From positions 5,030,954-5,094,953 of the forward strand of contig CM120644.1 in NCBI GenBank assembly GCA_051362555.1: a stretch of 64,000 nucleotides of DNA, read 5' to 3'. This document shows, in pieces, positions 1 through 12,700 of this stretch (positions are counted from its first letter, which is position 1; each line of letters opens with the position of its first letter). The notes under the pieces are model-generated. The model made no database searches. It was not told the DNA's origin and saw only the letters and a program-made list of their open reading frames with translations. The translations under genes and the position numbers were made by a program. This stretch comes from Lingula anatina. Taxonomy: Eukaryota; Animalia; Brachiopoda.

Positions 1-103
1 AGTGAAAATATTAGGGTAAAAATTGTATTATTTGCTGGAATAGATATGGGTGATTTAATCTTCACATATTTAAATGATGACAGCGCCCTCTATCCTTTTG
101 TAG

Positions 104-3100
104 CTATATCACTAAAGAACTACACAGGGCTTGAGGCCAGCAGAGTGCCAGGGAACAATGCGGGCGCGGTTCATGGGCGGAGGTCACTCAGCGGCTCCGT
201 CAGCCTGGACAGCACGGGCGGACAGAGGCTCCATGTACATAGCCCTAAACGGGTGAGTGTAGTAAGTGAAAAACATATTTAAGGAGTTGTAAGCTAGACG
301 TGAAGTGGAGTCACGTGTGCTGTGGGTTTCTCGTGGCTTGAGGAAACATTGTGTGAAGTCCATCACACCATGAATTTCTTAAAGAACAGAGGTACAGTTT
401 CACAAAAGTATGAAAGACTTACAGTTGGTCTTGTTTTAAAGACTGCTTTGATTTTGTATTAATACAAATCATTAGACTATAATGATGATCTACTGTTGAA
501 ATTTATAAAACCAAAGCCATTTCTTCTTTTTCATTTTGATTTTGCTTTAGTACAAAGCATTAGACTGAAATGATGATAACAGTGGAATTTCTTAAAGCTT
601 GAGCCATTTCTTTCTTTTCATTGAGAAAAAGATGCTATGGCTACTAATATGCTTCATTTTTAATATTGCACTACCACTAGTACATTTGGTTGATTCTTGA
701 ACATAGACTTTTGTTTTTGGCCTCCATGTTAAGACCGGTGTTCAGATCCAAGTTTATTTGTGAAACTTGTCCCATATATATACTGCAGCAACTAGTTTGT
801 CTGCAAAAAAAAAGTCACTGCCTTGTACCTCTGGCTGCACACTACGTGTTCATCCTGTTGGACTGCTTGGATCGTGCACTCTTCACTAGGTTAAAGGAAT
901 GAATTCATTATGGTAGAAAAATGTGCATTTCACATGAACCTTGGTGACTTGCATTCTTCCTATATTACAAGGAGTTAGGGTCATGCGTTTCATCCTACTA
1001 TCATGACATGTTCTATTCGACAGAAGCTAATACTTGGTACTAGTGGAAGACTGCATTCCCATTAACCCATCGTACTAGCTGGATTGATCTAATTTTGCTT
1101 CTCACCCAAGTGCTTACTTGTAATCAGCTTAATTGTCTGGCACCTCCCCTTGAGTAACTAGAAGGTAATAGACTATCATTAATTACCCTCTAGCAGCTTG
1201 AATAGGCATGCCAGACATTTAAGCCGCTTACACTGAATGCGATTTAGTAAGAGTGAGATAGATCCAGGTAGTGCAGTAGGTTTATAGGAACTCTCCCTAA
1301 GCCAACAAAGGCAAAAGTCTCTCTCTTGCACTTCTGGTGAAGCGCTTCAAAAGATTCTCTTCTGCCATAAACTTTATTCTGTTGAAGTGTTGATTAGAAA
1401 AGTGTGGTTTAAAATTGTTTTAAAAGAAAATCTACCTATTCATGTTTGATCTTTATATATTGTTATATAATTATCAATTTATGCATACCAGTTTCATTTG
1501 CATTTTGTAAGTGGTAAATCTGTTTTACTTTTTGCTGAGTTTACTTTAGCAGTGGCAAGGATTTCAAATGAACAGACAACAGTCTGACCTCAAGTGCAGT
1601 TTGTTATTATTGTAGCAAATATAGATGCCCTGATATGACCTGTGTAGAAAAGCTGATATTTTTGTAACCCCTTCCTGGAGATAATGGTATTGATTTATAA
1701 TGTATTAGTGGAGCATCTCTTTTTTTTAATGAAAAATACGAATGCCATTTAAATGTCCCCGTGTCTAGTGATGTATGGTAGTTGATTAAAACTTCAAACA
1801 AAACTGAAAAGGAAAATTCTCAATGCATTTTTTTTTTTTTTTTGACAGATTGAAAACATGCTTTTCTACTTCTTTCAGCACTATAGTGTCGATGATACCA
1901 TTGAACCAATGGAAATGGGAGAAGAGGGTAAGTGCGGGTACAAAGTTAGTGATTGGTAGAAAGGTGACCATTTATTGATATTTAGTATATTATAAACAAT
2001 TTAGAGAGTTTTTTAGTCTTCATATAGACTTTGGAAGCATATGCTATAATTCTACATAACCTTGGTCACATTTTCACCATGTTTTCATTTACGACTGGAA
2101 ATCCACTCGGAGAGTGCAGGCCTCTGCTAAGGCAGCTCATTCCTCATTACCAATTAAAATTATGTTAATGGACCACCACCATAATGTATTTGGTGGTAAG
2201 TTAGCTCATACCTGGCCTATCCTGAAAATTTTATCATAATTTGTTCACAACTTATTGAGTTAAACTGTTAATTTACAAACCAACAAAGGTGAAAGCATAA
2301 CCTTCTTGACAGAGGTGCCAATTGTGAACTCTGTACAGGTAAAACAGGTGTCTGTATGTCACTTCTGCCTGTTATGTAATGACTGATGACGGTGGCAGCA
2401 GTGGTTAAAATGACAGTGATGGATGACCCTACGATAGGGATGCACAGATTACACAATACACAGCCATTGAGAGATGAAACGGAATTCTTCATTTTGTCTT
2501 CTTTTTTTTTTTTTTTTTCTGTAGACGAAGAGATGAATTTTGCTTCCTTCATGAGAGCTCACAAGTGCTACGACCTAATTCCCACCAGTTCCAAACTTGT
2601 GGTCTTTGACACACAGCTGGGCGTAAGTAGGGGAGGGGAATGGCCTTAAAGTATCCACTTCACATTTTGACTTGTGTGGTTTATGCAATACTGATTACAT
2701 TATTCTAGTAAGGCACACTGAATTGATAACGGCATAGTCGGGCAATTAGCCATTTATGCAATGTGTTGTATAAAGCAAGTTGACTTCTACAAACTTGTTG
2801 CATTGTCTTTGTGAAGGTATATCAATGTCAGTTATATTAGATTTCCAAAGGGTAGAATTTTCTGTATTGAATCAAAAACTAGTACTACATACACTTGATT
2901 GTATGAAATAGTTACTATTGTCCTGCATTCAGAGCCTCTTATGTAAGCAGTCAGCAACAAATTCACAATGTAATCATGAACACAATGACTTAACCATGGT
3001 GGCACTAGGTCATCAGCATTTCACTGTTGACAATTTTGTTTTTGTCTTCAGGTGAAGAAGGCGTTCTTCGCCCTGGTTTACAATGGCGTCAGAGCGGCAC

Positions 3101-6100
3101 CACTGTGGGACAGCTCGAAGCAGGACTACGTGGGCATGCTGACCATTACAGATTTCATCAATATTCTACAGAAATACTACAAATCACCATTGGTACGTAG
3201 CAGCAGTGACAGCGCCAACATTTTGGTTGACTGCGGTTTGGTACTTTTTTTTTGCACAGCATGAAAGTGATATTGTGATTACTGTCACTCTTTGTCACAA
3301 AAAGTCCTGGCAAACTGCTCTGTGGAACTAAACTGGTTCATTTTCTGAAGTTGTATTAATTATATTATATTATTTATTAGTTTATTTTGATTGTGACCTT
3401 TTGTAAGTTGGGGTTGATTTTGATGACAGTTTTGCAGTGGTTAGCATTTGAACAAACATTTCCACAACTTTTTTTTTTTTTTTCATTTTGATCATTATTC
3501 TGCCAACCATTAACTGCTATTTTGCTGATTTTTTAATTAATGGGGAAGTGAATGTCATACTTAAATTTAAAAAAAAAAAAATCAAATCCAGTCCAATTGA
3601 ACCAAGTCAATCCTAAACTATCATTTTTTATCTTGATTTTTGTGAAAAAAAATATGTGTGCTATCTCTAACTACCTAAAGTTCTGCTATGTGGTAACCTT
3701 GCCAGTTTAACTGCCAATTTCAGATATGGGACTTGGGGGTTTTGCTAAAGCTTTTCTGATTGGTCAGGGGTACCAGGTTGTTAATGGTTAAGAATGGGAT
3801 GTCAGAACATTCCCACAGGTTGCCTTACCTTGTTGTATTTAGTTATCCCATAAGATCAGCCCAGACATCATAGGTGTGGTATCAATCCTTGTGTACCTTG
3901 TGGCCCCTTTGGATGTACCCTGAGAACATACAGATGAATATAACCTGTCATTTAAGTAAAGTTTGTATCTGCAGGTTGAAATGGCCCACATTTCTGGTTG
4001 CACATGTTCTTATTCCAAACCACCCCCTCTCCCCCCGCCTCCACCCCTCAAGTATACAATTGGGGGTATACACAGCATCTGAAAGGAGTCTGAAGTTCTC
4101 TCTGTGTGATGAGCCTTACATAGAGCCTCACAAATGTGTTTTCAAGCACTTTTCACTGTGAAACATACTGAAACAGCACCTGTCTATCCAAATTATCTAT
4201 TTTGAAGCATGCATTTGAAGTCGGAAAAAAAAGTGGCGTAAATAGAGACATTTTACTGCAAATGTAAATCAATTATTTTATGAAAAAAATTCAAAGCAAT
4301 CTGGTAAAAAAACTTTACAAAATAATAAATTGCATGTATTACCTACATTGAAAACAAGTGTGAATGTGGTGGAGGTCATTGTTCAAGGTCATAGCATGAG
4401 ATCAAAGGTCAAGGTCATAGGAGGTCAAGGTCAAAGCATGGGGGTCATAGTGGTTATGACATTTAATCCCCACCTCTTACCCTTTTCATTAGTGTAGCAC
4501 AAAACAGATATAGTGGCATTGGGATAAGGATGCATAGATACTGATATTTGTTCATTGGTATATAGATGAGTGAAGCCCTCCTGAATTATGATGATTTAAA
4601 TATCTTTATATTATGAGATGTATGTGATTGGCATATTCATTATAAGAATGTTTTGATTGTATTGGTCTACAAAGTTATTTTAATCAACACTGTAGTTTTT
4701 TGCAGCTGTAGTTATGAAATGTTATGACGTAATATTTGTTAAGAGTTTAGAAGAGAGAGGTGGGATAATTTTCAGTGGCAGGAGAGTGGAGAGATGGCCT
4801 TTTTTTTTTTTTTTAAACAAGGAGTTTGAGTTCATATGAACTCTCTGTTTATTTGTAGTTGGCCGGTACAGAGAAAGAGGAGACTTCACAGAAGTCTTTG
4901 AATAACTATTGGGTGAGATTTTGGTTCCTCTTTTTTTGCCTCTAATCCTTATCTACTCCCACACACTAGCAAACGCACATATTAAAGTATGTGTGTATGT
5001 CTACATATATATATATGAATGTGCAGTTGTAAATATTTTTATATAGGCATGTAGATCTTTTTTTGCCATTTTTATATTATATATATTGTGATTTTTATGC
5101 CATCTGGGATTGAGATATCTGTGTATGCATGAACTTGTCTGTACGTCGTGCATCATTCTAGCCAGTTTTTTTTTTTTTTTTTTTTTTTGTAATCACATTT
5201 CGTGGACCGTGAATGTAGCACGATATACCATCATGCATCACTCCCCCTCCAGGAAATGCCAGTTGTCATTTGAATCGGTGTTGAATTTTTTGCTTTGCTT
5301 TTCTTTTGGGAACAATTACCTTACTGTCGCGTTGACCTATTTTATCTTGACCTCTCTTTTTTTGTGCATTATTAACAGTGATAGGCTAATTGGTAGTTTT
5401 AGTAATTAACACATTGCAGTATTGGTGCAATATTGTCTGCATGCATGTCTCTGAAATTACCAGCTTTGATGCGGGTCTGAACTTTACTCAGTGATCTTAT
5501 ATATTTTTCTTTTATGTCATTTCATTTAGTGCTAAAATGTCTCCTTTTGTCTAATTTTAAATATTTGTTAATCTAGAAACAGGGCAATTCATGTGGTAAT
5601 TATATATGAATGGAGTAATTGTAAACACTTCAGTTTTAGTCCAATAATCAAGTTTGTAGATGATAAAAAAAAACATGATTGATTGGTTATAATAGATGAA
5701 CCCACCTGGACTTTGACCTCCTGGCAATCTTGGCTTCTCTTTCGGAAGCAAAATCGAGATCAACAAAAAAAATGGTTCCTTCAAAATAAAGCAATCTACC
5801 ATATTTGTGTGTGGATTATTGTATTATGAAGCAATGGGATATATAATCTGATGGGATTCCAGTCTTAATTACTGCAAAGTGCATGAAATGGAACTGTCAC
5901 CAGCACCATGTGATATTGTTGACAGCACACATACGTAGTCTGCATGGTTAATTAGACTATTCCTCAGGAAGAGGATATTTGATTGGTTGCATGACATGAG
6001 AGCACATACCTGATTGGTCACTTGATTTGGAAAAAGTCGTTGCAATTGGTTGAGTAGTGGGCAGTTGTCACACGATAAGGCAGATGTTTCTTTGTTGGCT

Positions 6101-6625
6101 GCATTTTTTTTTTTTTCTTTTTTAACGTTGCTTAACATAAATGGCTGTTTTTTTTTAAGCAAGATCAAAATGAATTTTTTCATTGACTGAAAAAGTCAAT
6201 TTCTGGAAAGTTGATAGGGGGATTTGCATTTCTTTTCGTGTAAGATAATTGTGCTGTTGGTGCCAACAGGTTTTGGATAATTTTTGATTCAATCTGTACC
6301 TTAAAACATGGAATTTGTCAGTATATGTGGTGTAGCTCATACCAAAGTGAGAAAGCAAGGGAAGAAAATCTTGGTATTTGTGGGGAACCTTGTAGAAATT
6401 GACTAATTTGCCTCTTTATATATTATGCTTATAATTTGGCTGGGGGTGGGGGAAGGTGGCTTATACTCTGTTTTGTCTCGCTTGCAGTCCAAACTGTGTC
6501 TGCCTGCATGGGTAGAGGATTTTCAGAGACCAATTTTTTTTTTTTTTTTTTTTTCAGAAATATTAATTTGTTGATAAAAAATAAAAGTTGATTTTTTAAG
6601 TCACTATATTTCTCCTACTAACTTG

Positions 6626-6676
<51 letters not shown>

Positions 6677-9600
6677 TTTATTGTTGTTCTTAGTAAAAGG
6701 TTTTAGGCATTCATTGTTAATTCTTTCATATCTTTTTGAAAACCTAGATGTTCATTAGGGAAATGGTATTCTATTTTCCAAAGTGATTGTAGTCCAGGGA
6801 TTTGTTTATAGAGCAGCAGTTTTTTGTGCCAATACAACAATGACTCAATTTTTTCCAATGGACAAAAATTATCATTTAGATACATAATTTTGGATTCTTA
6901 AGAATTCTATTTCTATGTAGCATTTGTGGTGTTTTTACTTCATAGGATAGAACTCTATGGTAGCCTGCTTTTCAATATTGTAGCTACCACTCAATAGGAA
7001 TCATCATTTTTAGAATTGATAACTTTAAAACTTACAGTATCTGTAGAATTTTACAGTTTTCCTCCCATTGAAAAGAGTCATTACTGTAGAAAGTTGGGTT
7101 TTCAGCTTTTAAAGAACATGCTTCATATATGGAACAGGAGCCATTTTGAGTTATGTCCTATTTTCATCTTCTATTTTGTTTTCACAGGTCAAGATGGATG
7201 AACTAGAAGAGCACAAAATTGCCACGTGGAGAGGTAGGTGTCGGCCTTGGTACCCTCTCCCACCTTACACACCTCACTTCAGGAAACTAGGGCTTGATTG
7301 CAGTTCCCCAATACCACCGTGTTCTTTACTGGATTTTGTATCCGATTCACAGTTGATTACAATGAAATTTGCTTCCTGATGAACACGCACAAACACACAC
7401 ATACACACGCACACACACACATGCACATTCCTGTCTCATTATCAGATAAAGTTGCATTCAAGTGGCATGAATAGGATCGATATACACATATATTGCAATA
7501 TTGTTTGTATGCCCTTGCAGATGCACTCCAAGACCGGCACAAACCACTGGTGACCATTACGCCCGATGAGAGTCTGTTTGACGCCATAAAGGCACTGATC
7601 AGCCATCGAGTTCATCGTCTGCCTGTTGTGGAGGCGAATACAGGAAACGCTCTATACATTCTCACACACAAGAGGATACTACGATTTCTCTCAATTTTTG
7701 TAAGTGTTTAAATGGGTTTTTTTTTTATCATTTATTTATTTATCTTTTTGTTGACATAACAAATGAAACCCACTTATATTTTAATATTCCAGTATCAAGA
7801 GAAAGTATTTCATCGGTATTTTGTCTCTGAATTAATTGCTATTTAGGTATGATGTTTATGTCTTAGCATTAAATGTTATTTATGACTGGTTTTGTTGTGG
7901 TATTAAATGGAATTTATATCTGATGTTGAAAATTAATGATATTTATGCCCCGTGTTGTAGTATTCCGACATTCTTCAACCTGGATGGATGAGGAGGTCAC
8001 TCGGTGAGCTCAAAATAGGAACCTACGAAAACATAGCAACCGTGAGTACTGTTTTTGGGTTTGTTATTTAAATCATTATTATATTCTGTGGCACTTAAAT
8101 TTATCACAGTGACTCAGACCTATAACTGCATCTGTTGGTTATTATTGTTAATGATGGTTTAAAACTGGCCTCACTAAAATGTGTATCTTCAGTCAGAGGG
8201 CATGGTATTGCTAGGCCTAAAGGTTTAATGCTAGGCCTTAATGATATGAGTTTCTTCATTCCTGCCAAATATTTCAGGCTACTTATGAAACCCCTATCAT
8301 CAAGGCCTTGAACACGTTCGTGGAGCGGCGGGTCTCGGCGTTGCCTGTGGTAGACAAGGACGGCAAAGTGATAGACATATATGCAAAGTTTGATGTCATT
8401 GTGAGTAGATCTTCTTTTGAATGATTTTATGTGGTACAGATTAATATTCAATTGGTGTGCCGCTATCCTTAACTGCCTATTTCACTTGATGCAAGAAATA
8501 GACCTGGTTGCATTATTGGGTAATTTCTTTCCTTGTTAATTGAGTATGGTGATGGAAGTTTTCAAAGGTGTTTCCTGGCATTTGAATTTTATTATTGTCA
8601 ATAACACATTAGTCCTAAATGAATGAATCTCTTTTGATTTGACCTTCCTTGCTGTATTGACTTACTGTTCATGTTGTTGATTGTGCCTGTTTCAGAACCT
8701 GGCAGCAGAGAAGTCATATAACAATTTAGAAGTCTCCATAGCAGATGCTTTGAAACATAGAAAGACGGTAAGAGACTTTGTCTACTACTGAAACTTAGAA
8801 AAAAAAACATTTGCCATTGTAGATTTTTAGCGGGATACTTATGGAATGTGTTCTATAGAAAAGACAATTGTGGTAAGGAAATAATCATAAATTACAGTAA
8901 GGGCATAATGATTAGGCTGAAACATACTGACCTCATTTCTTTGTAAACTCCACTATGATTTTAAATAATAATGCCATCTTTATGTAATGCTTATGTTGTA
9001 ATGCTGGATAACAGCTGTAGATGTAGGTGTTTTATGAACACAAGGGACATGTTGACTAAGAAAAAGAAAATTGTTTTTAGAAAATTATCATATAAAGCAC
9101 CTTGTGTATGTGTTCATGCATGCACATTCATACACTTAATCTTACGAAAACCTGTCTTTCACAGCCTCACAGCCCCAACAACAAGCACGTGTACACGTGT
9201 ATGCCCAGCGAGAGTCTGACCACGATCATAGAGAGGGTCGTCAAGGCGGAGGTTCACCGGCTAATTGTTGTTGATGATGATGAAAAATGTGTAGGTGTTG
9301 TGTCGCTGTCAGACATTTTGGATTATCTGGTACTCAGGCCTACGGGTATAGGAAAGTATGGTAAGTTTTTTTCAACCGTGATGTGTTATTTTAACACATT
9401 GAAATGCATGATTTATATCTGTGTATTTTTTATCTATAAAACCACCATTGTCCTTATGAAGAGCCTGCTTAAAGAGGGTACTTCAATTGAATTCAATTGA
9501 AACAAATAATGTGATCATACTTGACAGATGATAACTATATTGCAAGGATTTTATTACAATTAACACTAAAAAAAAAACTCCTGAATCTAATCCAGACTCC

Positions 9601-9729
9601 AATTATTTGTCCGTTTCAGCGGAGAAGAACGGCCTTACCAAGACAGCCCCAAGTGGTAGCAGCGACCAGAGCGCAGACACCAACCTTGACCAACTGCCTA
9701 GTGACCCTATGATGACGGCCCAGGCATGA
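104..9729 (+). CDS. PRKAG: 5'-AMP-activated protein kinase gamma subunit (4 CBS domains), 5'-partial, multi-exon
   Basis: GT-AG exons with consistent phases: 104-252, 1879-1927, 2525-2622 ([22 protein letters not shown]), 3052-3192 ([21 protein letters not shown]...[12 protein letters not shown]), 7188-7233 ([11 protein letters not shown]), 7521-7699 (VHRLPVV...[13 protein letters not shown]), 7961-8041, 8278-8400 ([10 protein letters not shown]...DIYAKFDVI), 8696-8767 ([11 protein letters not shown]), 9165-9360 ([10 protein letters not shown]...GVVSLSDIL), 9620-9729 (ends PMMTAQA*). These are hallmark AMPK-gamma motifs. The first two exons and the last exon are less certain. Confidence 0.95.
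4859..4912 (+). CDS. Candidate alternative cassette exon of AMPK gamma ([18 protein letters not shown])
   Basis: ctctctgtttatttgtAG acceptor, 54 nt open in phase 0, TGG|GTGAGA donor; lies in the phase-0 intron 3193-7187. Confidence 0.45.
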
Positions 9730-12700
9730 CGCTGACCCCAGGGGGGGTCAGACAGGCCTGGCTGTGAGGGGTTTACAACCATTTAAACCACACACTAACA
9801 CATACATTTATGTACTAGGGGAGTTGGCGCTGAAGAGGAAGCGACTTTATGGCAATTTGTGGTGACTGGTGAACGCCAGGGGATCGGACGAGAGATTTTA
9901 ATTTACGCTGGGTGCAAGCGACCCAATTTAACACCACACAGACAGTGGGTGATTACATACCAGATGAGACGAGGATGAATGCTCTTGATCTGCAAATGAA
10001 TGTTTTCTGGCATCTGAAATTGAACAATTAAGTCCGTGAAACATCCCAGTGCACACACTACCTGCAAAATATGACAGGGTTTAATGACATTCTGCAGGAT
10101 AGCTAGTGATGGTAGAGACCACGTTTCATTTTACATAACCAAACACTGTGTTATAGAATGAATTGGAGGAGATGAGGAATGTACGGAATGACAGGAGGTC
10201 ATACGTAAAAAAAGCACCTTCATTGGCACAGCTTACCAGATGGAAGATTTAAGCGTGCCTATATTCAGGATTCAGAAGGAAAGACAAATGGGTTGTGACA
10301 GTTTAATTAACGCAGTGAGTTTGGTGGAAATAAAGCATGGCATATGGTCTCCAAATAGGAAACATTTAGGAAGGCATCTGCACACCATGGAAAGTTGTGT
10401 CAGTAAAATTGGAATACTGTCTGCCAGTAAAATTCTTCAATAAAACATTGGAAGGACACTTGTGAATCAATGTCAAACTGATAATGCTGTGGCAGGCAAA
10501 ATTTTTAAATAATGGATTTAAATAATTGATAACATGGGCAGTTTGTAGTTTTTGAAATAGACGTTTCTATGAATGTGATTGGAATTGGTGAAATGCAGGT
10601 CCCAGTGTGGCCTGTTTTCAGGTCTGAACACTCGGCATGGAAGTTTGTCACCTGCAAGCGAGACGCACGAAAATTCTTACCATGTTTGTGCAGTTTGGTT
10701 GGTATACAAAGCTGGCCTGCAACAATGCACCTTAGTGGAAGGTGTTGCCATGACAACAGCAACCACGGTAACAGTAAAATCCTCAGTAACAGTAAAATCC
10801 TGTAGTTCCTGTTGACAGGAGTGATTACCGGGTGCTCACTTTAAACAAGGTCTGTTTACCTGTTTGGAGACAGTAAATGACTGTGTTAATAGTGATAATT
10901 AATAGACAAAATGAATGAAAAAAAAAACATGGGATAGAAAAATGATGGGTGTGGTTTCAGCTTCCTAAACATGACTTTGTCAGCTGAACATGCCACATAT
11001 ACGAACATTTTCAAACCAGTCTCTGAAATGGGGCCTTTGACATTGATATTACCGTAGCAATCATTAGCATGATAATGGTTATAGAATCAATGGAAAGACA
11101 TAGCTGTTGCCATGGAAATTGTTTCCGAGGGCACTGCAACCAAGGCAACAGAAGTGCCACACCATTCTGAGATCAGGGATAAGAACTGTTCTGACTATTG
11201 GCAGTTTTCCGCACTTTGGGAGCCCAAAATATCAATGACCTAAGTGGGGTCCCTGGACCCCTGGCCATATTTTTCCCCTGTTAAATGTGAGAAGCATGGA
11301 TGTCTCATGCACTTATAAATGGAGAAGTATTTTCATTCGTGTTGCCATAGAATGGCATAATAAAATGTAAAAAAATATATACATATATAATCACAACCAG
11401 TAGAGATACCATTTCTTTCATTAATAATTCTGTGTACACAGCAGCTTCGTTGCCAGCAGCTACCACCACTGATTGGACTGCAGTTGGATCTGTACAAAGC
11501 AAGAGGCTTGTCTTGAATTGCCTGTCTTGCAAGTCAGTGTCATCTGGAGGTTATTTGGACTGTTCTGTTCCATGCCTAGTTGATCTGCCAAAAGTCATCA
11601 TGCCTTGCTGTTCACCCATGGATTGTTTTTTCACAGCTGTATGCACTTTTGAGCTCGAAAAATGATGTAAAAAAGGACATATTGACAAACTTGATTCTCC
11701 TGAAAGAGGGAAAAGATCAGATAATCTTTTGCCATACCTGAGCAGGATTTATCCACTGATGGATAATTTAGATATTTTACAAATGGGCTCAGTTTCATCC
11801 ACAAGATAAAAGTGTCCAATGGGGGAGTGTTATCCTTAGGAGGGTGCTATTCAGTGTTGATGAAACTGGGCCCTGATATTTTAAATAGTAAAATTGTACC
11901 AGTTTGGAAAAAAAAACTTAAAGAAAAACAGAAAGTTGAAACTCAGACATAGATCTCACTGTTCAGGAGGTAGGGGACTAATCTGCCCAAAGACTTCAGT
12001 TAGTTTGATTGTATTCTAGATTATTCCCGTTACGTAAAATGCGGTCTTTTAAAGACGTTTCCAAGTGTCACTCAGTTAACATGTAACAATGTGTTGATTT
12101 TGACCTACCAAGGGAAAAAATGTCCCGTGTTTTAAATGGAGGATGTGAAGACTTGACAATGTTTAGTTATGTGTTACGGGAACGAAGGCTTGGGCTTAAG
12201 ATTTTCTGAAACTGATACGTGTTGAAAGGGAAAGCTGTTCTGCACGATAAAATAACATTTGGCAAGTACCAGGACAGGTTCTGGAAAATGGATGTATGTG
12301 GTGTGCATAAGAGCGCTTTGATCACCAGACTTCTGCTACTAGTTATCTTGTCCTCTCCCCCCCCCCCCCCCAACACCCCAATTCCCACTCCCCCAAATCC
12401 CCAGTGGAGTAAATCTGTTGCCTATATGTTGTGGGGTTAGACATAATTTGATTGTGTAACACCCTAAGTGTGTTCATGCTTGTGGGGGTTGGTGGCTACT
12501 GCAAAGCAGTCGTATACATATATATAAATATATAAATAACAAACCAGAAATGAAGCTGTACATAATATAAATATATACATATAAATATTGAAGTGCTCTC
12601 CTGGGTGAAGGGGTTGCATTTAAGGAGTTAAGAAAAAAATCCATAAAAACCTTTTTTTTTTTTTTTTTTTTTTAGTGAAAAGTACTAAGTGTCAAGATTA

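Noticed and set aside
5379-5392. Possible microexon after a strong pyrimidine tract in the AMPK gamma intron
   Set aside because: Begins with TGA in phase 0 and has a weak donor; could be a poison exon but is unsupported.
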